Assembly (NCBI GenBank): GCA_964016885.1
Contig: OZ024742.1
Span: 198,648,001-198,712,000 of the forward strand
Length of the DNA stretch: 64,000 nucleotides
From: Eledone cirrhosa
Lineage: Eukaryota
Direction of reading: 5' to 3'
The notes under the pieces are model-generated. The model did no database searches, was not told where the DNA came from, and worked only from the letters and a program-made list of their open reading frames with translations. Made by a program: the position numbers and the translations under genes. Positions 41,321-54,446 of this stretch are shown here, piece by piece. Position 1 is the stretch's first letter; the number at the start of each line of letters is the position of its first letter.

Positions 41321-43114
41321 AAAAATTATAATGGAAAGTTTTTAGATAAGTATAAACACTTTAACTTTTTCATTACCATACTTCTATAGAAAGGTACTAC
41401 CGATGATTTTTCAAATAATTTTGAAAATAATCAAGAATTTGGAGGGATCTAGAAATATAACTAACTTTCTCATTATTAAGCTGATGTTTGAAACATAACT
41501 TAAAGGCTTTCTCATAAAATTATGAGAGGTTTTTAAATGAATATAAACATATTATATCACTATGATAAAGTTCAATGGATAAACATTGTTATTTCTGATC
41601 GAGACGAAGTGAGAGTATGTTTGAATTCACAGACAACAATGTTTATTCATTTAACTTTATCATAACTATGATTAGCTTTCTATTTCTAGCAATGAGTTTT
41701 CTCATTTTTCTATGAATACTTTATATTGTGTTTATGTATTTGTTTTGCAGGAAGTTTGAAATCAAAAGAGTTAAGTCTGTAGGATCTATCATTTCTTTGA
41801 AATAGTTTAGCAAGTCATTCCACCATTTGGAACACCCATTCGACACCTTTTTTATTCAAGGTGTAAAGTCATAAAAGTGTAGGAAAAAATATGCCTTGCA
41901 GTATTTGTTCTGGTTCTCTGCATTCTGAGTTCCAATCCCACTGAGGTCACCTTTGCTTTTCATCATTTTGGTTGTGATTAATTGAAGTACCAAATACCAG
42001 TCTAGAGTGGTGGATTAGCAGAATTGTTAGAGTGTTAGATGAAATACCTTGTGGTATATGTTCTGGTTCTTGGTGTTCTGCTTTCAGATCCTGCTAAGAC
42101 TTATTTGGATGGCAGACTTGATCTGTCACTTGGTTTAATACCACCATCTGGCCCTTGGTTGGTACTACTTGATCTGTCACCTGGTTTAACACCGTCACCT
42201 GGCTCTTGGTTGGCACAACTTGATCTGTCACCTGGTTTAACACCACCGCTTGAGTGACTTTATTAGAGTCTACACTGTTGCTGCAAATGTCACTATAACC
42301 TACTAACTTGGATGGTACTCTTTATCTTGTTTAACATCCCCATCAGCTCCTTGGGTGCCTTCAGCTGAGTTCACACCAGATCACCGATTTGAGGATATCT
42401 ACTAATCTCCTTCGCTACCACAAGGTTTGAAGACCCTGAAAAGGGTCAATGGCACTCCCCTTCCATCTCTGACTAAACAGAAATAAGAAAAACATATCAG
42501 CTTTACACAAACTTCTAAAAATATCAGCCTCCCTCCCCACCTCTAACCTTAGTCTACCTCCTCATTATCATATTTCTATTTCCCTTCCTCCTCCTCCGCT
42601 ATGGGAAAAAATCACAGTTAATCAATGGTGATTGATGAGACATAGTAGTGTGATGTCTTACTAATATATTGAACAGATTAATCTTATGAGTCACATCCAA
42701 TAACTGTGTGTGTGGGGGGGGGGGGAGTAGATATATATTACAGGGTATAGAAAATAATCCAGTTCATTGGAAAACCATACATGTGTGTATGTATGTGATG
42801 TATATATGTGTGTATATGTATGTATGTACATGTGTTTATGTATGTATGTATGTATGTATGTATGTATGTATAACCTATCAAACAAAAGGTCGGGAAGACT
42901 CTTCTGCTATGCCAAAGGCATGACAACTTTCCTAGTGTTGATGCTATGATAAAATGCACAGGGTAGAGTGTGGAATCGTAGACCAGGCCTCTGCCCCACT
43001 TAGTGGTCAGAAGCTTAAGTTCTAGCCAGTCTGTGATAACATTCCCAACCTGTGTTACCAGGGAAAATGGACATTAAATGATGACGATGAGATCTATATA
43101 TCATCATCATTTTA

Positions 43115-43488
43115 TATATATGAATGTATGTGTAGCATATTTGGCAATATACCGTATGTTTAATTAAAAACATTTTGAAGACCTTGCGCTATCATTTTTA
43201 AAGTAGCGACTATGTCACTTCTTTTTTCGGCAAAGAAGGGAGAGAAGCTGACAGATTCTGTTTCACATTGTTGGTGATCCTCAGAGAAACATACTCTCCG
43301 CTTCTGCCGAAAATTATAGAGGCTGGATTCTTATAGAATTCCAGTAATAATCAGGAACTGATTATACAGAGCGATTGCCAGTCCAGACATAGTAACTACT
43401 TTAAAAATGATAGCGCAAGGTCTTCAAAATGTTTTTAATTAAACATACGGTATATTGCCAAATATACTATACATACAATCATGTATAC
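43115..43488. mobile_element. Fold-back cassette (~100-bp arms) enclosing an HHR
   Basis: Arm 43115-43216 is the near-exact reverse complement of 43386-43488; the loop is structured. Confidence 0.85.
43224..43313 (-). ncRNA. Type I hammerhead ribozyme with GUC site
   Basis: Minus strand: ttttcggcagaagcggagagtatgtttct-CTGAGGA-tcaccaacaatgt-GAAAC-agaatct-GTC-agcttctctcccttctttgccgaaaa. Long bulged stem I, paired stem III, weak stem II. Confidence 0.72.
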
Positions 43489-43536
43489 ATCGCTATTTCA
43501 GAGCACCAAACCTAATTTTTAATATATATTAGCTAG

Positions 43537-43744
43537 TGAAATAGAGCTTCCGCCATATTTTTGACTAAGTAAATTAGTCTAATAGTTGGAGATTGGAAAA
43601 AGGATGATCATTGACATACATGGGATATGAGCCCACATCTTTGGCTATCATGACCTTTCATCCTTTTTCCAATCTGGGGCTTTCTATAACACCAACTATT
43701 AGACTGATTTACTTAGTCAAAAATACGGCGGAAGCTCTATTTCA
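43537..43744. repeat. Nested inverted repeat (fold-back)
   Basis: Outer ~53-bp arms tgaaatagagcttccgcc.../...ggcggaagctctatttca; inner perfect 18-bp arms at 43590-43607 and 43658-43675. Confidence 0.85.
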
Positions 43745-44676
43745 TATCTAATTTTCAAATTCTCCGCTGTTTGTAAACAAAGCTAATTTTCAAAATAACA
43801 CTAAGCTCTGTATCTTATATATATATTGGTCATGATGGTGACACAACAAAAAGCACCCAGTACTCACTGCAAATGTGGCTGGTGTCAGGAAAGGCATCCA
43901 ACTGTAGAAACCAAGCCAAAATCAGACATGGTCACCTGACCTGGCCTATCTCACAACTCATCTAACCTATGCTAGCGTGGAAAAACAGACGTTAAACAGT
44001 GATGATGATGAGATATATATATATATATCATCATCGTTTTACGTCCGTTCTTCCACACTAGCATGGGTTAGATGGGTTGTCCTGTTGTGGGCAGCGTCCG
44101 GTCGGCTGACCTTGTCTTGCTCCTAACTGCCCAAACTTGAACATAAATACATTTAGCTAGAATTATCCATGAACACGATTAAACAGAATTGCTGTCAAAA
44201 CGGCAAGACATCAGCCCCTAAACTGTCTACTCTATGTATGTGCATATATATATATATACACACACATGATGGGCTTTGTTCAGTTTCAATCTACCAATTT
44301 TACTCACATTTTACCCATCTTGTTCATAAATTTCATTTTCTACAGTTGGATGCCCTTCCTAACACAAACCACCTAACGGAGTGTACTAGATGCATTTTAT
44401 CATGAAATCAATGCTAAAATGGCCATTGCAGCCTGGGCAGTGTGAAGAGAAGCAGTAATGGAGAGGGAGAGTAAGACTACAATGGAGGAGGAGCAATGTG
44501 TTGGGAGCAGTGGTAGTTACATATCTGTTACTGAAAGAAGCACAAAACTTCCATGCTTCCCGAAATTCACACACTACACCTGATATTCCCCCTCTAGATA
44601 CATGCATACATGTGTCTGAGTGTATATCATGACTCATACACTGTTCACTTTCATGACATTTGTACATTATTCTATG

Positions 44677-44860
44677 CAGTGGATTGGCAGTATCGGTAGA
44701 GAGTCAGATGCCATGCTTTCCAGCATAGAGTCACGTCCCTTTACGGACTGAGTTCAAATCTCGCCGAGGTTAACTTTGCCTTTCATTCTTATGGGGTCAA
44801 TAAAATAAAGTACCAGTAATGTACTGGTGAATTGCTGGCCTTGCGCCAAAAGTAGAAACA
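44677..44860 (+). mobile_element. SINE family B with 11-bp TSD, inserted in another repeat
   Basis: TSD attattctatg at 44666-44676 and 44861-44871. The empty-site paralogue is at ~47625-47750. Confidence 0.88.
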
Positions 44861-46189
44861 ATTATTCTATGTACTATACATGCACCTTTAATGAGTCGTA
44901 GTGCACCTGAGCACTGTACACAATAATTTCCATTATTTTATTATGGGTGGTGACTGTTGTTAGGAGTGAACTTGAGGTGGAGTGATGGTCAGCTACACAG
45001 GATTGCAAGTTGGAAGAAGAATACATTACTAAAATTTGAGGTAGGGAGAGGGTTGAGATAAATAGAGGATTAAGAGTTTTCTTCTATATATGGGCAGCAT
45101 TGAACAATGGACTTGGGAATGGGTAGATGAGCAGCAAAGGGCAGTGGGAGTTTGACTGGTCTCAAGTTAACCCTAGTTTTGTGAGTACAGAGCGGTACAA
45201 AGAGGTACAGAATGGTACTGAGAAATTTGAGGGAAGATATAAAAGTAATTTCATTGAGAATAGGGTGAGACATAGCAGATTTGAAATGAAAATGAAATTT
45301 ACAGCTTACACCTATGGAGGTTTAGCTAGCCTCCAATGAGGTTGCATCCAATAGGTTTCTCATATGTATTAATAATAGGGGTCCCCAGTCATATCATGAA
45401 AAACAATGTGTCATGCTCAAGACTACATGATACACCCTGGTATTCAAATTAAAGTCATAACCTTATGATTATGAATCCAACACCCTAACCACTAGACCAC
45501 ACACCATCACTATAGAGCAGATAGTAAAAATAAAATTTTAAGAATACACCCAACACACAACCTCTGTTTTTCAGTCAATGTTTAATAATAATCAAAAATT
45601 TAACCATTTCATTACTATATTTCTAAAGAAAGACACTGCCTGTGATTTTCAAAAAACCTTAAAAATAATGAATAATTTATGGGGATTTAGTTATATAATT
45701 TTCTCGTTAGTAAGCTAATGCTTTGAACATAACTAAGCAAGAATCTACTAATATAATAGCCTAGTGTATTTGTCCTTCACACACTAGAGATGACTGAGGA
45801 AGGAAGAGGTGTGTTTGTGTGTTTGTATCACTTGTGTGAGTGAGCACAAAGGAACCAACCAAACAACAAACAAACAATTTTTATATTATGTATAGATATT
45901 ACAATTTGCCGTCGTTTTTGATGGCATGAAGCCTGCTAGTTCTTATATAAATTATGATAGATTTGTCGATGAATATAAAATACTTTATAATAAGCAATGT
46001 TGTAACACCAAACCAGAAGTGGTTTCAGGTGGTTTGGTAACATAAAATGGATTCTATTTAAAGGATAGGATTTTTCACAATTCTTCATTAAAGAAGAGTT
46101 AAAAGAAATATCTTACCCTCAAACTCCCTTACACCCACACCTGAACCCCATTACAAAAACTACTATCTCTGCCATTACCCTCACTACCA

Positions 46190-46700
46190 CTACCATTACC
46201 ACTGCTATCATCATCACCACTACTGCCACCGCCACCAACAACCACCACCACTGCCACCTCCAACAACAATCACCACTACTACCGCTACCACCACCACCAC
46301 CACCACCACTGCCACCTCCAACAACAACCACCACCACTACTGCCACCACCACCACCACCATTACCACCACCACCACCACTGCCACCTCCAACAACAACCA
46401 CCACCACTACTGCCACCACCACCACCACCATTACCACCACCACCACCACTGCCACCTCCAACAACAACCACCACCACTACTGCCACCACCACCACCACCA
46501 TTACCACCACCACCACCACTGCCACCTCCAACAACAACCACCACCACTACTGCCACCACCACCACCACCATTACCACCACCACCACCACTGCCACCTCCA
46601 ACAACAACCACCACCACTACTGCCACCACCACCACCATTACCACCACCACCACCACCACTGCCACCTCCAACAACAACCACTGCCATCACCATTATCACC
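46190..46700. repeat. (ACC)-based minisatellite, ~66-69-bp unit
   Basis: Repeated actgccacctccaacaacaaccaccaccactactgccacc...accattacc. Confidence 0.9.
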
Positions 46701-47034
46701 ACTAATACTGCTGCTGTCCTCTACATTCGTTTTGAAAGAGGATAAACATCTGATACACCTATTTAAATTTCGGCATCAACTGCATCATAACATTTGACCT
46801 TTCACCATGTGCACCTAGCCCGCCCACTGAACCACCCACCACCACAATTCACTGATCTAACGACATATATATCCACCCACACTTAATCCTAAACTCACTA
46901 TTAACTCATTGATAATCCAAACTTGAGATCCTGGTACATACTACAACATATATCTGTTATGATGTGTGTGTGTATGTATGTATGTATGTATATATATATA
47001 TATATATATACATACACACACATATATATATATA

Positions 47035-47530
47035 TAACCCATGCTAGCGTGGAAGATGGACGTTAAACGATGATGATGATGATAATGATGATACATGCAC
47101 ACACATATACATGCATACACACATACACCCACACACATATATATAACCCATGCTAGCGTGGAAGATGGACGTTAAACGATGATGATGATGATACATGCAC
47201 ACACATATATACATGCACACACACATGCATACATACATACACATGCATATATATGTATATATATATATACATACACACACATATACATACACACATATAT
47301 ACACACACACACATATACATACATACACCCACACACACATATATATAACCCATGCTAGCGTGGAAGATGGACGTTAAACGATGATGATGATGATACATGC
47401 ACACACATATATACATGCACACACACATGCATACACACATACACATGCATATATATGTATTTATATATATACATACACACACACACATATACATACATAC
47501 ACCCACACACATACACACACATATAGATAC
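47035..47530 (+). repeat. Tandem amplification of the RTE/SINE 3' tail plus microsatellite (3 units)
   Basis: taacccatgctagcgtggaagatggacgttaaacgatgatg...atacatgcacacacat at ~47036, ~47144 and ~47347. Confidence 0.85.
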
Positions 47531-47732
47531 ATACACTCACACACACAGACACGCATATATATATGATGAGTTGTGGTGCACCTGGGCACTGTACACAATA
47601 TTTCATTATTGTTATTATTATTATATCATGACTCATACACTGTTCATTTTCCTGACATTTGTACATTATTCTATGTACTATACATGCACCTTTGATGAGT
47701 TGTAGTGCACCTGAGCACTGTACACAATAATT

Positions 47733-47763
<31 letters not shown>

Positions 47764-48059
47764 CATAGAGAAATGACTTGTAAAGGACTAGAACCATTTC
47801 ATTCATTTGTGATAATTTCAAATGTACAAAACAATTCTAGTCATTTCTATATGAAATAAATACCTTCTCTACTAATGAATTGGGCACCTTATTAACTGTA
47901 GTTTCCTTCCATTCGTCTTCAGAAACCATTCTTTATATATATATATACATATATATATATATGACCAAAAGTTAAACAAGGTTCATTGATTAATCAATGA
48001 ATATAGTTTTACAATAGATTAGAAGCACTCAACAGAAAAAGTTTTCTGGAGTTATTAAT

Positions 48060-48348
48060 AAATATAGGCATTCAACGTAATCAAAATATATTTTATTATA
48101 TATATTTTGGAGGTACTGTGTTGTTTTTTCAGTATGTCCTCATCAGATAAAATATATAAATTGATGTATGACATACCTCAACTGTGCTGATGGTTCAATT
48201 CCAGTCTTGACTGCCAAAACTGGAACCATCAGCACAGTTGAGGTATGTCATACATCAATTTCTGATGAGGGTGTACTGAAAAAACAGCACAGTACCTCCG
48301 AAATATATATAATAAAATATATTTTGATTATGTTGAATGTCTATATTT
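48060..48348. mobile_element. Fold-back cassette with an HHR motif on both arms
   Basis: Inverted arms around 48192-48227. Plus arm: CTGATGA(48262)-gggtgtactg...cagtacctcc-GAAA-tatata-TA. The minus arm has the same motif with GAAA changed to AAAA. Confidence 0.8.
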
Positions 48349-50142
48349 ATTTATATTTTAAATTAATATTATATATATATATATATGAATATATATGAAT
48401 ATACACATGTGTGTTGTGTGAATGTGTAAAGACATATACACATACATACATACATGCATGCATGCATTCATTTTTTTTTAAAACTGAACAGCCAAAGATT
48501 ATCCTCTGCAACAGACTGGTGGTCCATCCCAGTTTCAGGGATTTCTTCATGATAGGGTTAGGGCCCCTACCATTAAAACACACAAGAAACCTCCTATGAG
48601 ATACAACCTAGTAGGAAACCAGCTTAAACTGCTTAGATGTGGGCTGTAACAACATATACATTCTTACACATACACTCATATGCAAAGACACATACACTAT
48701 ATATTACATTTATATTGTACTAGATAATGAGGCAACAGAAAAAAACAAAAAGATTCAAGACATCTAATTATGTGAAATAAATAAAATATATGTGTCTATA
48801 TATACATGTATGTGTGTGTGTGTATACATGTATGTGTGTATATATATATATATATATTAGTTGCCAACTACCTGACCATGTTGTGCTGGGTTACATGTTG
48901 CCAGTAGCACTCGTGACCAACCTGACATTATATATATATATATAGTAGAGAGAGAGGGAGAGAAAGAGAGAGAGAGAGAGAGAGAAACATATATAAATAT
49001 AATATACATAAAAGAACTTTCAATAAAATAGAAACAACACTGTACATAACGCTGTGCTTAGCAATGCAACAGGAATAATTCTAATAGCAATAATAATAGT
49101 AATAATCATCATCACCGTTTAACGTCCATTTTCCACGCTAGCATGGGTTAGACAAGCTGTGCTTTTTGTTGGGATAATAACAATGGTTTCTAAATTAGAC
49201 ACAAGGCCAACAATTTTGGGGAAGGGAAAGTCGATTAAATTGACCCAAGTACATTACTAGTGCTTTATTTTATCGACCCCGTAAGGATGAAAGACAAAGC
49301 TAACCTCGGCGGGATTTGAACTCAGAACGTAAGGACACAAATATATGTCTAAAATAAAACTACTGTTGCAACAACAATAGCAAAGTTTTCTTAGACAACA
49401 CAAGGTCACAAATTTGGAGTGAGGTGAAGAGATAGTCAAATATACTGACTGACCAGACTGACTGGTTGATTGACAGATCGACTGACCAGCTGACTGACAC
49501 ATAGGCAGGTTGACCAAGTGACCAACTGGTTTCCCCCACACCACCTTGAACCAACACTTGTCAGTTTGCTTTATTTTGAACAAATTCTCTTGGAGGGATG
49601 AAATGAAAGAGAGCAAAGGCACAGGGGCCGAAGTTAGACCTCCAGCAGGATTGGAACTCAGAAAACATAAGAAACCATTAACTATATACCAATAGCAATG
49701 GGGTTGACAAGGACTTGAACTCAGAATGTAGAGAGGGCCAGAGCTACATACCATTACCAATGAGGCATAGATGAGCATTTGATCAGGATTTATCTCAGAA
49801 TGTAAAGAACTGGAATTATATACCAAATATCAATGAGGATTTGAACTTAGAATGTAAAGTCATTAACTAATAACCATTAACCAATAAGAGTAAGGTACAG
49901 GTCAAGGATTTGAACTCAGAAACAGAACATAAGATTATTTTAATGACAGGATGCTCTACCAGTTTAGCCATTGATTGGACATACATCCTTATTACAATAA
50001 TACAGATTTCTTTGATTTGCCACAGGGGCATCAGATAGAGGAGAACATTACAAAGCAGGTTATATGATATGTGGTAGTGGAGAAGAGTTACATAAGAATT
50101 GGATGAGATAAACATTTTTTTTTAAATATCAAAATCAACTAT

Positions 50143-50288
50143 AGGTGCAGGCATTGCTAAGTAATTAAAGTGTTCACTTCGCAACCACGTGGTTTCAGGC
50201 TCAGTCCCACTACGTTGTTACTTTGGACAAGTGACTGCTAGCTTTAGCTTGACCAATGCCTTATAAGTGGAATTTGATACACAGAAAC
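50143..50288 (+). mobile_element. SINE family D (tRNA-like head, CORE-like ctttggacaagtg)
   Basis: Related segments at ~36480-36590, 58680-58815 and 62640-62750(-). Confidence 0.6.
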
Positions 50289-51808
50289 ACACACACACAC
50301 ATACACTTATATATATATACACACACTAATACAACTTTACTTTATTGCATCCTCTTGTTTGTTCGTTTTTTTGTTTCCTTGAGCTTCAGTTATATTCATT
50401 ATTATGTATATATATACATATATATGTAAGCAAAATAATAAAAGGTAGAAAATATACGTTTTTATATATAAATACAAATTTAAAGTACATAATGAAAAGA
50501 AATTAGTTCATACAAAATAAACTATAGTATATCGTGTGCGTGTGTGTTTGTGTGTCTGTCACTGTGTGTGTTGCTGTGTGTCTGTCCCCTGTGTTTACAT
50601 TTACTTTTTGTTTATGTCCTCTAAGTAGTTCGAAGAAAAGTGATTGATAAAATAAAGCCCATACTTGGAAAGAAAAAACACTAAGATATTAGGGTTGATA
50701 TGATTGCCTTAACTTTTGAATTGCAGTGCCCCAGAATGGTTGCAGTCATGTGACTGAAACCAAGTAAAAGAATATACGAATAAGAATAACCACCGTCTAG
50801 AAACAATGACAACAGTCACAAGAAGAAGAGAAAAGATAGTGAGAAAGAAGAAAAGAAGGAAAGCAAGCAGTGGGGGGGAGGTTAAGTAAAATAAGTACAG
50901 ACTTTATGACGCAGGTCCAAGATGCAGTCCATAGCTATCTGAAGTGCTCCGAGTTAAGACCGTTCATTCTAAAGAGATGATTTTGGTGTCTCGGGTAGAA
51001 AAATGTACCAAGAAACTAAGTGACTATTGGCATGTTTGTTGTTGTTGTTGTGGTGGTGGTGGTAGTGGTGGTGGTGTTGTCTTTTAATTGATCCACACTG
51101 ATAGACAACAACTGACTCACAAAACAGTTAAGCACAAATACTAGCGCCACCTAATACTGAAATATATGTGTCTATGTATGTATGTGTATAACAAGCATTT
51201 TGCAAGCAAGGGAGATTAACATTTAATTACTACCAACCAATGAACACCACCACCACCACCACCACTATCATCATCATCATCACCATTAATATCATCATTA
51301 TTATACTACTCACTGCCACCATCTTGTCATCTTCCCGCCTCCACCAGTGAACACCACCACAATCACCATCATCACCATTATAATCATCATTATTACACTA
51401 CTCACCACCACCATACCATCTTCCCACCACCACCACAATCATTATGCATATTTCTATTAGTATTATGACTCCCCTCCCTTTTATCCAATATAAAGTCCCA
51501 CTTTGAGTTGTGTGCATTTTGTCCCTGCATTGGCCCCAACTTTTTGCACCTTTGTGGTCAAAAAACTAAATCATTATTATTATTAATTTTTTTTTGTTTT
51601 TGCTATTCTTTTTTTTTCACTACCATATGTAAACCACCACCATCGCCATCACCAACATCACTACCAACACCACCAACACCACTACCAACACCACCACCAC
51701 CAACACCACCATCACCACTACCAACACCACCACCACCAACACCACCATCGCTGTGTGTTTGTATTTCGTCTTTGCATTGTTCGCGTCATCTTTGTGCCAA
51801 GTAAAGAA

Positions 51809-51844
<36 letters not shown>

Positions 51845-52068
51845 GCGTGGTGGATTGGCAGAATCGGTAGACAACATGCTTTGCAGCATATAGTTACAGC
51901 CCTTTATGGTCTGAGTTGAAATCCTGCCAAGGATAGCTTTGCTTTTTATCCTTACAGGGTCGATAAAACTAAGTACCAATAATACACTGGGGTCGATTTA
52001 ATTGACTTTCCCCTCCCCCCAAATTACTGGCCTTGTGTCTATACTAGAAATCATTATTATTATTATTA
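51845..52068 (+). mobile_element. SINE family B
   Basis: Head tggattggcagaatcggtaga, Nin-like domain, (tta)n tail. Confidence 0.85.
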
Positions 52069-52663
52069 TGCTGATAGGAGGATGCAATAATGATTTTTTT
52101 ATGGTCCACAAAGGCCCAAAGTTATTGAAGACAATACAAGGACAAAACAACACAGGGTGAGGTTTACATCATGTAAAGAGAAAGGAGGGCATCACTGAAG
52201 TGAAAACTAGTAGGTATAACAATTATAGAAATTTTAAAATATTAATAATAACAATAGAACAAACATAATAATGACTGTCAACTAGGATATATTCCCAAAT
52301 AAGGGGAAGGGCTGCATTTTAAGGTAATTTTAGAGAGAACCCCACACAAAACCCTAGATTACTTGGTCACCTAACAGGCATTAAAAAGGACTCTTTCGCC
52401 CAGTTTCTTTCCACCTACTTAGAAAATCGTAGTCAGAGGAGGCCTATTCAGTCCAGTCAACCTTGCTGTTGTCGCCCATCATAAAACACACTCAGCAATA
52501 ATAAAAGGAAAGAAAAAAAGAGAGTAAGAATGAAGAATTTGCTGAATGAAGCAGTGAAAAAGGTGAAAAATAAAAGCTGACTGCTTCTTCTTCTTACCGT
52601 CATTACTGGTGGTTAGGTAACTAATTCAGAACTCTCACTAAAGGTATGTGAGTTATATATATG

Positions 52664-52697
<34 letters not shown>

Positions 52698-52943
52698 TAA
52701 ATATATATATAAATGTGTGTGTATGTATGTATCTATGTGTGTGTATGTCTATGTTTTGTGTCCAGATATATATATATATATATATACATACATACATGTG
52801 TGCGTGTATGTGTGGCAAGTAAGAGAGTGATGTAAATGTGCATGTATATGTATGCGTGTGTTTGTGTATTGGCATGTTCAATTAAAGACTGCTCCCATGT
52901 ATGTGCATATGTGGGCAGAGGGTGTGTGGTGCACACTGCATCG

Positions 52944-52986
<43 letters not shown>

Positions 52987-53339
52987 CAGTTCAGTATGGT
53001 GCAATGTAACCTGGATGTGGTTCAGTGTGCATATTTGAGAAGAGACATGCCTTATCAGCAATAACTGCAATGCTAATTCTGAACGATACTGTCACCAACA
53101 GCAATAACAACAACAACCATAACATTGAGACCAACACAAACAACAACATACACCCAGAGAAAAAAACAACACATATGTGTATACATGTGTGTGTGTGTGT
53201 ATATATATATATGTGTGTGTGTATTTATATATATAAATATAATCTGAGTTTTTCGAATATTAATAATAATATTGGATTTGTTTGCAATTATGCAAACAGC
53301 TTCTTTTTAAGCCATGTCAGTACACACATATATATATAC

Positions 53340-53596
53340 GGGAGAGGAGACTGAGGTGGTATGGACATGTGATGCGCATGGAGGATGACCGATGGGTGAA
53401 GAAGTGCCAGGAAATGCCAGTTGAAGGAAGACGTGAAAACATGGACGGAGGTGGTGAGAACAGACCTCAGATCATTGAAGTTCACGGTGGAGATGACGAG
53501 GGACCGTGACGAGTGGAGAGATGCTGTGCTGAATAAGACCCGTCCCGCCCTTGCAAGCAGGGAAAAGCAGACGTAAAATGATGATGATGATGATGA
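53340..53596 (+). mobile_element. RTE LINE 3' fragment ending in the family A SINE tail
   Basis: [22 protein letters not shown]...DRDEWR runs directly into cccttgcaagcagggaaaagcagacgtaaaat(gat)n. Confidence 0.85.
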
Positions 53597-53643
53597 TATA
53601 TATATATTATTCAAAATATTAACAAATGAAGATATTCACATAA

Positions 53644-53709
53644 TCAAATTATATGCTTTATTATATATATATTTCAGTACGTCCTCGTCAGATAAAATAT
53701 ATGATTTGA
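53644..53709 (-). ncRNA. Type I HHR with shortened stem II (same family as the 48-kb cassette)
   Basis: Minus strand: tcaaatcatatattttat-CTGACGA-ggacgtact-GAAA-tatatata-TA-ataaagcatataatttga. Confidence 0.6.
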
Positions 53710-53756
53710 TATACGACATACCTCTACGGTCTTGATATTTCAATTCCAGTATTTGG

Positions 53757-53801
<45 letters not shown>

Positions 53802-54158
53802 CATACTGTAAAGTTGTTGTGTAGGTGTAAGGATAAAAAGCATCCACTGTAAATGTGGTTGGTGTAAGGAAGAGCATCCAACTATAGAAACCAAATCCGA
53901 AATAGTTCTGCATGAGCAAGACACATTCATCTAACCTGGCTTATCTCAAAATGAGACAGCTCGTCTAACCCATGCTCGCCTGGAAAATGGATGTTAAATG
54001 GTCATGATGACAATGATGATGATGATACATATATATATATATATATGGGGTGTCACTTGCCCCCATCAAAATGTATACACACTTCAACAGCATTTTAATA
54101 AATATTACCTGTACAGGTAATTAAAGTGTGTATATATTTTTGGGAGACGCCCTGTATG

Positions 54159-54201
<43 letters not shown>

Positions 54202-54274
54202 CTGATGGTAGCTAAGATGCTTCCATAGGCGGTATGCCGGTTGAGTACTCTATACTCTTACAGAGCAGAGTATG

Positions 54275-54446
54275 ATATAATAGAAAACGAAAAATCAGTG
54301 ATGCATCTGAACTCAATTTATTGTGTGTTACAATTGTTTTGCCAGCGGACAATTGATCGCGTCTCGAGCTGTCCACCACTGAAACAATTGTAACACACAA
54401 TAAATTGAATTCAGATGCATCACTGATTTTTCGTTTTCTATTATAT
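54275..54446. mobile_element. Fold-back cassette containing the 3' half of an HHR
   Basis: ~66-bp arms; GAAAC-aatt-GTA at 54381-54392; the loop forms a further hairpin; abuts (TA)n. Confidence 0.75.

Noticed and set aside
43224-43313. Plus-strand HHR-like reading (ctgacaga...gaaacata)
   Set aside because: Non-canonical core; better explained as the complement of the minus-strand HHR.
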